A stretch of DNA of 64,000 nt from Ramazzottius varieornatus (Eukaryota > Animalia > Tardigrada): the NCBI GenBank assembly GCA_001949185.1, contig BDGG01000008.1, positions 1,302,001 to 1,366,000 of the forward strand. Direction: 5' to 3'. Both the position numbers and the translations under genes were made by a program. Below are positions 12,943 to 21,798 of this stretch, piece after piece. Every line of letters starts with the position of its first letter. Position 1 is the stretch's first letter. The notes under the pieces are model-generated. The model was not told where the DNA came from and ran no database searches. It was given only the letters and a program-made list of their open reading frames with translations.

Positions 12943-14044
12943 TACTCGGGAATCTGACCTGTGTTTTGTGGGTCCTTCATTTCTGAAAGATAGATCCCGA
13001 GTACGGGGATATATGCTATACTCACGTCTGGATAGAACTCTACAGACTTTCCGGCACGCGCACTGATCAATAGTCCCATCAGTTGTCGGTATTATGCTGC
13101 CTGGGACCTACCAGGCTAACAACGCCAAAACATATCCTGCCCGGGCCAACTTGCTACCACCTGGACTTTTCACGTTAAGAAATTCAGAGTGCATCTTTTC
13201 CGCGCACTCGTTCACGATGTCCAGAAAACTTTTCAAGCTGTTTCGATTAGCACAGAACTCCTGTGCTTACACTAAGAAATAGCTTTGAAATTCTGTCTGA
13301 TACGACCGAAGGTGGGTAAGACATGTCGCTGCCACTGAAATATAGTTTCCAGAATTCTCGGTGCGAGCTACGATCCCCAGTCTGAGGACAGTACACCTAT
13401 GAGTATCTGAGTTGTCAGTAAAAATCAGGAACGGCCATAGGGACATCGAACTAGCTCGGCAAATGAATTGAAACTAGGGAACTCCGCCACTTTGCCGGAA
13501 AAACCGTTTTGCGGGAAAATTTGTAGCTTCGGTTCCGAACGACGGATCCATGTTTTCGACACACTTTTTTGTAGCTCAGACCTAGTTCTAATTTTTCTCG
13601 ACAACAAAACCGCAGGAGGTCTGTAAGAAACCGAAAAAATAATTTTCGAAAACGGTTGCAATAACTGTCAATGTTGATGCATTCTTCGCCTCGCTCCTTT
13701 TTTTAGTACTATGTCGATTCCGACAGATTATCCAGCGAGTAATTTTTGGTGAGATGGCAAACAGTATGTTGAATCAAGGAAAACTAGGTTGGAAGCTGGA
13801 CGATGATCGGGTCGAGAACACTTCAACTTTATGTGTGGTAGCAAGTTGGCCTGGGAGGTCTTGTACTTGGGTTCGCTGGATGCAGCAAAAGTACCCAAGA
13901 AGTTGGATGGGTGTCACATAGCTTTCCCTTACAAATACGCGGCGAAGTACTTTCATTGCATGCGTTAAGGTATGCAATGAAAGTAGTTCGCCGCTTGTTA
14001 TCATAATGCCTGACACCGCGACAACTTAAACGATTTGTTTTTAG

Positions 14045-14363
14045 TTGTCGACCTGGCCACCACGACGACGGTCGCAATGACCACGAGCGGGTCGTCCACC
14101 AGTCTGCCGACCAACAGCACACCTATCCCCGAGGTTCCTGCCACCACCCCATCCCAACAGGATCCCGGAGGACTCACGCCAGGTCAGATTGCCCTGATTG
14201 TGATCGGGGCCTTGTTGGTTGTCGGTTTGGGCGGACTCGTTTGGTTGTTCGGTGTCTGTCGTGGCAAGTCTGGGCGGGAGCGAAGCAAGTCCCACTGCTC
14301 GGACGCGTCCGATATGGGCATCCTTCGCATGGAGGAGTCCGAAATGTGGCTAAAAACCACAAG
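14045..14363 (+). pseudogene. Exon-like fragment of a type I membrane protein (S/T/P stalk + TM + basic tail) inside a transposon
   Basis: Acceptor tttttag at about 14044 and donor gtaagg at about 14363. The translation TTTTVAMTTSGSSTSLPT...GLTPGQIALIVIGALLVVGLGGLVWLFGVCRGK shows the classic stalk-TM-stop-transfer layout. Confidence 0.55.
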
Positions 14364-15542
14364 TAAGGCGTCCAGCGGGCCAGAGACTCTCCTGCTTTTT
14401 CTTTTCCTTCTGCTGTCTCCTTCTTTCTTTTGTTAGTTTCCAGTCTTACCTATTTTTCTGTCTTATCTCTTAATGTTTTATACTTTTCTACGTTTCTATG
14501 ATCATCTAACTCTTCATTAGGCTCAGTTTACAGTGAAACTGCGTAACCACCACCTGTGACATTGACAAGTAGAAACCAAGGTACTTTTATATGACGCTCC
14601 ATATAGAATTAGCCTGATTTCTTCTTTTTGCGTACCATACTGCTTTTTTCGTTTTTTTCAGCCTCGTGAGGCTTCTTCACAGTTTTCGTCAGCCTCGAGG
14701 CTCAAAACCACGGTTTTCCCAGACTCACAGGCTGATCAGCCTTACCCATCCGCGGGACCTCCACGCGCCCCTGCCCGCGGATAAAGTCAGTTAAACCGCG
14801 CATCCATGCGCGGAAAAAACTAGTTTCTCCGCGCGTGCACCCGCGGTAAAAGTACTGTGGACTTTTGATTCGTTCGGCCCACCATACATGTGTCAGCCTG
14901 CAAAAGTGGATGTTTCTTATTGTGGATTCTACACTGCATCATGCATAGCTGTGCCGTATACATGCCGTATATATCCGTACCGTACACATGCCCGTGCCGT
15001 ATACAGGGTCGTGCCGCAGTAAGGGGGCAGTAAGTATTGTTTAGGGTATGCACCGAAAGTACTGTAGATCACGAATCGTCCTGCAGAAGCTAAGCTTACG
15101 TACTCGGTACATAGCTTAGACGTTCCGTTCGTTCGAAACGGTTAATCCTGGTAACGTCGGGGCTAATATGCGGGCAATGAAATCCGCATTTCAAAACAAG
15201 ATACCGGTAAAGGGGTTTATTTGGCAATTGGCACTGTGCAATCGGCACTGTACCTTTCTTTGTATCGATAGTAGTCGATACCATAAAATATAGTGCAATT
15301 AATAGGAAAAGCGGCTCGGTACCGTCATTGAATAACTTCGTATCTTCATGAAATTCAGGGAGCAAAAATCAACCACCCAAAGAGTATAGTTTTCCAGCAA
15401 GATGCAAAAACTTCGCAAAAATGTATACGCGGCATGCACAAGGAATGCGCATGCGGGGCGACCGGTAAGTCAAGCAGGCTCTCGCAACTGTTTCCCTCTC
15501 TCCCCATGGAACAGTCGGACCTGGATACAGTGGCAGTAGCGT

Positions 15543-16760
15543 GGATCAGCTGGTACAGGGAAGTCCTTTCTGATAAAAGCGCTCGAGTGTAATCTTAACC
15601 AGTTTGACAACATCGAGAACAGTCCGACGTGCATGCCTCTCGCACCAACTGGGGTTGCGGCCTGTAATATTGGCGGAAGAACGATGCACAGTGCGGTGTG
15701 GTTGCCTATACGGGCAACTCAGTTACAACCACTGAACGGTGACAGTTTGCGCTCATTTCAACGAACTTTCGCCAACACAAAGTACTTGATCGTTGACGAA
15801 CGTAGCATGATTGGGTGTCGCGTATTTTTGGCTATGGACAAACGTTTAAGAGAAGCAAAACCTGATGGCCAGAACTTTCCCTTCGGCGGACTGAGCGTCA
15901 TTCTGGTGAGCGACCTCTACCAGCTACCACCAGTACTCGACAAGCCTTTGCACAGTAGAGCCAACGCGAACTGAGATGTTGGCGATGTTCAGAACGCGTT
16001 CTTGCTGTATAGGAAGTTTACTGCTGCCGTAGTTTTGACCATTCCACAACGGTAAATAGGAGAAACTCCCGAAGCTGTAGCATTCCGAGCACCGCTATGG
16101 AGGATGCGAGAAGGAGCGTCTACCCTACAAGACTGGCGATTACTTTCCACAAGGTTCCTCACAGTTCTACCTGCGCCAGAAAGAGATCGTTTCAAATCGT
16201 CCATTCATTTATATATACACGACTAATGCTCCAGCCGACGCCTGGAACGAACGAGTCATCGCGGACATGGGCGTAGCTGTAGCCCGCATTGAAGCTGTAC
16301 ATAACATTGCCGAAGCCGCTGAAGCTTCTTACGACCAAGCAGGAGGTCTGGACGCGGTGGTCTACTTCGCTTCCGGATGCCGTGTAATGCTAAGCGTCAA
16401 CCTGTGGACGGAACGAGAACTGGTAAATGGGTCTATGGGGAGGGTAATAGGCATGATCTACCCGGAAAACCTGAAACCCCCGTCCTTGCCTTTGGCAATA
16501 GTCGTTCAGTTTGATGACTATACTGGTCCATCATTCAGTCCGGCAGTTCCTCGGAATGTTCTCATCGAACCTTTCAAGCGTACATGGTACAGTCTAGAGG
16601 GGAAGCCTTTGTTCAGAAATGAGATATCGTTGTCTCTTGTGCATGCCGCAACGGTCCATAAAGCACAAGGAAGTGTCTGACTTAGCCTTCCTAGAACATT
16701 TCGATTTCGATCGGCTTGCTAAACTAGCGAATTCGCCAATTATCCAGGAGAAAGTTTGTA
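15543..16760 (+). pseudogene. PIF1-family (Helitron-type) DNA helicase remnant
   Basis: Motifs GSAGTGKS, LAPTGVAACNIGGRTMHS, YLIVDERSMIG, PFGGLSVILVSDLYQLPPV, RVMLSVNLWTERELVNGSMG and TVHKAQG. Intronless, with stops, frameshifts and a deletion of the YVALSR motif. Confidence 0.88.
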
Positions 16761-16841
16761 GAGGAAAGACGGTTAGCTGCACTAGGTCTGCAATAAAATG
16801 GTGCTTTCTGCAGTGTTTTGTCGTACTCGCTCAGCCTCCTC

Positions 16842-16864
16842 AGTGGTCAGGACCACTTGCTAGT
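16842..16864 (+). other. Candidate Helitron 3' terminus (hairpin + CTAG followed by T)
   Basis: AGTGGTC-AG-GACCACT hairpin, then TG-CTAG-T, about 100 nt downstream of the PIF1 remnant on the same strand. Confidence 0.45.
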
Positions 16865-16872
16865 ATTGTAAA

Positions 16873-16930
16873 AGTGCGCCACTTGAAACAACGATCAAGT
16901 TCAGTTCGTCCGCCCACGTCCCAACTCCCA
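16873..16930. repeat. Palindromic element, right arm only (upstream of the BCAT fragment)
   Basis: GTGCGCCACTTGAAACAACGATC. Confidence 0.6.
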
Positions 16931-17022
16931 AGTACTGTGCACTTTAGTGTAGCGCATGGAGTTTCTTCTATGTAAGAGTATGCCCGACTAACACTTCGAC
17001 ATGCTGTATATCATAAATCTAG

Positions 17023-17361
17023 CAACTACGCACCTACCCCTATGGTGACTAATGACGCCGAGAAGCTGGGTTGTCAGCAGGTACTGTGGCTAAACGGAGA
17101 GAACCATCAGGTGACGGAAGTTGACGGAATATGAATGTCGCAGCCTACTCGATTGATGAAAACGGCCGTAAGTAGAGGGAAACAGAAATCATTTGTCCCC
17201 ACAGCCAGGTTTTCAAGCAACGAAGCAGGAAACAGGTTTTTCGTCAAACCCCAAAGGGTGCGTTGCTCACTTCAGAGAAGGAACTGAGTACACCTCCGTT
17301 GAATGGACTGATACTCCCTGATATCTCAAGGACTTCCCTGTTGGAACTGGCCCGAGAATGT
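17023..17361 (+). pseudogene. Two-exon fragment of a branched-chain amino-acid aminotransferase (BCAT) gene
   Basis: Exon 17023-17167 reads [33 protein letters not shown][frameshift][12 protein letters not shown]. After a GT-AG intron, the exon from 17276 reads KELSTPPLNGLILPDISRTSLLELARE. These match the BCAT motifs [15 protein letters not shown] and TPPL.GxILPG.TR. Confidence 0.88.
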
Positions 17362-18269
17362 ACACGCAAGACGAAAAATTATGGTAGAGTAAAAATTATG
17401 GGACAGGCGGAAAGGTCGGCGAAATGGAAATTCGACCGTAGAAAAGTGTCGAAAAATGTATTAAGTACTGTAAATCGGTCGAGTACGTACGTGCTCGCGT
17501 ACCGCCGTAGCGAGAAGGCCTGTACTGTAATCCCTCGAAAGTTCTGCGAATCACGTGACTGTTGTGGTAAATATCATCCGGCGGGGAACAGAAAGTATTT
17601 ATACCTTCAATCAAAGACTGCTCCCCAATCAAGTGTAATGATGGGCGACAATCAAACAATCAGCGATACCAGTGCGGGTGTAGTTTACTGGCATGATGAC
17701 GAGGTTCGCAGAACTATCGAGGGAATACAGTACCATAATTTCTCGTCCTGCGTGTACTACAGTGGAAAATACACAGTACTGTCTAGTGCTGAGATAAATA
17801 TGATATATCGTATCTTATCGAAATATATCACATCACAGTGATCCGATATGACAAAAATACCATATCGAAATATCGACATGGACGGATTATCGCTGAGCGG
17901 AATATGATAAATGAAGATATCATATCGCGGTACGAGGTAAACGACATAATTCGGCCGTACCCGTTTTTGGGACATAATTCGGCCGTACCCGTTTTTGGGA
18001 CATAATTCGGCCGGTGTTGCGGTATAAGGTGGCAGCACGTGGCACTTTACTGTATGCCGGATACCGCACCCATGACCGTACCACATTTCTGTTTTGCGGT
18101 ACCGCACTGGCTATCGAGCAAAGCTTCGTCCCCCACGACAACTACTTTTCCGGAAAGCGATCATAACATCTGATTATAAAAGAATCGCACAAGAAGCAAG
18201 TGGAAAACTGGCACAACGTCTATGTTCTGGTACCATGGATGGAAAATGAACAGTGAGGTAAAATTCGCG

Positions 18270-20315
18270 GAATCCGCTAAGGAACAATAAGTTTTGTCAA
18301 GCTTTTCGTTGCGTCTTAACTGAAGTCTTCTTTGCCTGTTTCGCTGGTTGGGAAGGAGGAGCCTTCCGTTTGGCTGCTGCTGCCACTTTCTTGGCATTCT
18401 TTGCAGCTTTATCCTTTTCCAGTTGTTCTACGAAGTTTGGATGAGTAATCAGAGCACCGGCGGACAACGACAGCTGCCTATTTGTCTCGCGTTGCTGTTT
18501 CTTTGGAGCTTCCCAAACAGATTCTTCTGGATTGAGTTGGCAAATACGGCACCGGGAGTCACACCTTTTTGCGTCAGAAGGACCAACTCTTTTACGTCAA
18601 CGAGGTCTTTCTCTGTCATCAAGCCGTAATGCGCCTTCAGCAACTCGAAAAGGGGACTGAAGTCCTGCTCTGGTCCACTGTGGCTTCCACGACTGATGAC
18701 TTCCGGATCGTGATGCGCCTTTAGTCTTTCTGATTACGTCCGGATTGAACGGAAACAGACCAACCTTTGCGAAACCTGACTTCAGGCACTGTTCTCCGTT
18801 AAACGCGTACTTTTCAGGACAGCCTCCGGTTTGATACCAGAGCTTCACGATGTGGCACAGCAGGGTATCTTTCGTAACCTATAAAACGTAACAACCTGAT
18901 CACTCTAGAGAAACCGTGCATACAAAAAACGGAAACTCCGCAAATAAACACGACCATATCGGTTTCCAAAGTGGCGCAGCGTAACATTAATTTTAGCTAC
19001 AAGCGTGCGCCATTCGTGAAAGCGATCAGGACGAGTTTGACAACCGAGCAATGAAATGAAAATCGATTAAGATAAGTTTCACCAACTTACAATGCCCCCT
19101 TTTACCGTCCGACGATCACGAAGGTTCATGCGCCATTTTTTCTTGATTCCGCCGAAAACAGACACATCAAACGGCTGCAGATGATTTGTCTGGCCTGTCG
19201 GAAGGCAGAATATTTCCACCTGCTTGGCAGTTTTCTCGTAAAGTTCTTTGCAGTAACGGACCAGTAGTAAGTTTTTCACGTGGCTGAAATGACCATCGAC
19301 GAAAACAACGTTCTGCAAAAAGAATCAGACTTAAAAAGGAGGATTTCTTGAGAAGACATTGTGACATACCAGAAGCACTGCTAGTACGCAGAACATTGTT
19401 CACTTGAACGAAGAAACAAGGCTGACGTCATAGCCTAGTTCCTCGTACCTCAAGTTCCGTGACGGCATGGAAAAGTTCCGTCTTGATGTAGTTTGCAAAG
19501 TGCACTTGGTCCATGTAACCTGAAGCGTTCACTGCGTGATAGCAGTCCGAAAGTATCACCCAGGCGAGACTGTACATGGACCTTTCCGGCATACAAAGCC
19601 ATACACTTGAGCTGTACTCCAGCAGCATTACCGCATGGCAGGATAGTCACGTTCTCCTTCTCGGTTCCGTCGAATTGCGAGGGGATCTGCTTAGCAATCT
19701 TTCTGGCAATGGCACGATCGTACATTTCTGAGGTAGTGAAGGCCGTCTCGTCCAGATTCCACACTTGCTCTGGTCGCTCGAGGAATCCTCTAACATGTAC
19801 GTCCTGTAGTATGGAGATGTACTCTTCGCATTCTCTGTCCTTTTTCCTGTTCGAAGAGTGAGTGATGCGTAGAGATAGATCGCTGGGACGAGACAAGAAA
19901 CGTTAAACATACTTACCGTTGACAGACGTGTTCTTCAGGCCTGAAATGAAAACTTAGCAAATTAAAATTATTTCGTACCGAGTATTTCCATCGGTTGTTC
20001 CAACGTACCCAGACCAATGGCCACCTCGCAGAACAGCTGTAGACAGTGGTAACGATTCAAAGGGATTGCTTGATCTGAACAAGACATCAAAAAGTCGACC
20101 AGACGATCTTCTTCCCAGGATGGAAACTTGGTTGGAGCAGCGACGCGAGACGGATTTGGCTTTTTCATCCGACTCCTTAACGTGGTACGGGAGACGCCAT
20201 CCATTTTGGCAGCGCTGGCCAGACTTTCCCCGTCCTTCACTTCACGGAGAGCTGCCTCCATAGACAGCTCCTTGTGCACTCGAGAAGCAGTCTTCAGCTT
20301 GCTAAGGCTCAGCAT
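18270..20315 (-). pseudogene. Intron-containing pogo transposase (psq-type HTH, CENP-B-type HTH, DDE_1), frameshifted
   Basis: Motifs SLASAAKMDGVSRTTLRSR, QVWNLDET, VTILPCGNAAG, SGYMD, VFVDGHFSH, HLQPFDVSVFG and SGFAKVGLFPFNP. GT-AG introns separate the segments. At least two frameshifts. Confidence 0.88.
18930..19050. repeat. Palindromic element copy inside an intron of the pogo transposase
   Basis: AAACACGACCATATCGGTTTCCAAAGTGGCGCA...GTGCGCCATTCGTGAAAGCGATCAGGACGAGTTTG. Confidence 0.75.
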
Positions 20316-21437
20316 GTTTGAGGGAGAATAAGGCACTCAAGAAAACGTGAAAGAAAACACTCTTTTATAAAATTGGCAGTGCGGTGATGCATCAGACCAC
20401 GATCACCAAACGGAAATTCGTCAGAGAGTTGTTTCATACCGTCCACAACGCTCGAAATCTTGAAAACAAGCTGAGTGACGTGTAGGATACTCATGGAAGC
20501 GACGACACAAGCGCCCCTCGAGGCCTACTTGATTTTAGTTTCCCAGGCTCTTTAGCATTAGCGCGACCCTTCTTTCTTCGAAGACCTGTGTTTCAACCTC
20601 TGACCATCGGATCTTCTCCAGAACTGTTTAGAGCTTTAGGAAAAAATATTTTCTGATCCGTAAATCATACAGGATGGAAATCCATCCAGAAGTTACTGAA
20701 AAAAGCAGCTGTCCGAATTATGTCCCAAAAACGGGTACGGCCGAATTATGTCGTTTACCTCGTATATCGATATATTTCTGATATATCGATAAATCGCAAA
20801 CCCGCACTTGAGAATCAGAACTTCGGAAGTCAATACTGCGGTTCGGTACCGCGCAGCGCAGCCTCGCCCGTAATGTATCGCGCACATGCATCCATTCTGA
20901 CTTCGGAGAAGTGAACAGTCAGCGTACCTAGGTGCGCAACGACAGACCTTGATAGATTGAGCAACGAACACACTCGCGTACACGAAGACATTTGACTTTT
21001 GTTCGGACTCGAACGTAGTGAACGACAGCCGTTTGGTTTCTCTTTGTTTCTTTCTTGATTTCGATAGTTTTCAACATGGTACTGGCTTGATACATCGATG
21101 TATCACTGCAATAAAATTCGATATATCAACAATAAAATATCAGAAACGTATTATATCGAAATATCGATACGTGTAACGTGGTTGATATCTGAAACGAAAT
21201 ATAAATATTGAAAGTATAAATATTGAAATATATTTATCAGAAAATATCATATCGTATTTATCCCTGCACTAGTACTGTCCTACTTGGTTTTCGAACGTAA
21301 TCAAACGTTTGCTTCGTTCTAGGGAGATTTCAAAGTCACCGAGAAAAACATTACAGTGAATGATATCGGCAAGTCGGTCAAAGAAAAACGGGTACATTTA
21401 CACATACTGTTAGAAAATGGGTCGTCGGTAAATGACT

Positions 21438-21522
21438 GCACCCAGATCGTTATCACAAGTGGCGCAGTATTTTATTGTTATGAGTTTAAACTGTGCGGCA
21501 CTTGCGAAAACGATCTCGGTGC
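21438..21522. repeat. Palindromic element copy (intergenic)
   Basis: CAGATCGTTATCACAAGTGGCGCA...TGCGGCACTTGCGAAAACGATCT. Confidence 0.75.
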
Positions 21523-21798
21523 ATTCATTTGCCGTCGTCCAAACGTTATCGGAATAACGATCATGAGCAGAGTTAATTACGGTTAATTTGAGATATTTTT
21601 CCAGTTTATCGAGCTCTTCGGTGTTGGAACTGAATACGTGGTCTGCCCCATTTCTCGTTTAGTGTACCGGTACATTGCCGACGGGCTTAGCTGTTCTGTT
21701 TAGTTGTCAACAACACGTGTACGCGTTTGAGAAAAAACAAGGACTTCGATCAGTACGTTTACGAACTTATTACTGCACCCCAGTCCGGAAGGAACTAC

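Larger units (their letters stand above)
9249..14743. mobile_element. Nested TIR element (AAGGCTGA...TCAGCCTT) with CAGCCTCG subterminal repeats
   Basis: Flanked by the direct repeat ACCCAT (9243-9248 and 14744-14749). CAGCCTCG(TGAGG) motifs cluster at both ends. It interrupts the right subterminal array of the 8195-14886 element. Confidence 0.65.
8195..14886. mobile_element. Long-TIR DNA transposon, IS3EU-like termini, non-autonomous, carrying nested insertions
   Basis: TATGGTGGGCCG..CAAAAGTC.ACAGTACTTTTACCGCGGGTGCA at the left end and its reverse complement at the right end. Flanks CATATG (8189-8194) and CATGTG (14887-14892) form a near-perfect 6-bp TSD. Subterminal CACCCGCGGATG tandem repeats at 8275-8355. 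Confidence 0.75.
17933..20762 (-). mobile_element. Full-length pogo-superfamily (Fot-like) DNA transposon
   Basis: TIRs of about 50 bp (CGAGGTAAACGACATAATTCGGCCGTACCCGTTTTTGGGACATAATTCGG) with an internal 29-bp repeat. TA TSD at 17931-17932 and 20763-20764. Encodes an HTH + DDE_1 transposase. Confidence 0.93.
17784..21271. mobile_element. hAT-like MITE (about 0.65 kb of own sequence) interrupted by a pogo element
   Basis: TIRs TAGTGCTGAGATAAATATGATAT / ATATCGTATTTATCCCTGCACTA. Perfect 8-bp TSD GTACTGTC at 17776-17783 and 21272-21279. Confidence 0.88.

Noticed and set aside
17941-18014. 29-bp direct repeats that look like a CRISPR array
   Set aside because: There are no spacers. The repeats are part of the pogo TIR, are mirrored at 20712-20762, and sit in a eukaryotic context.
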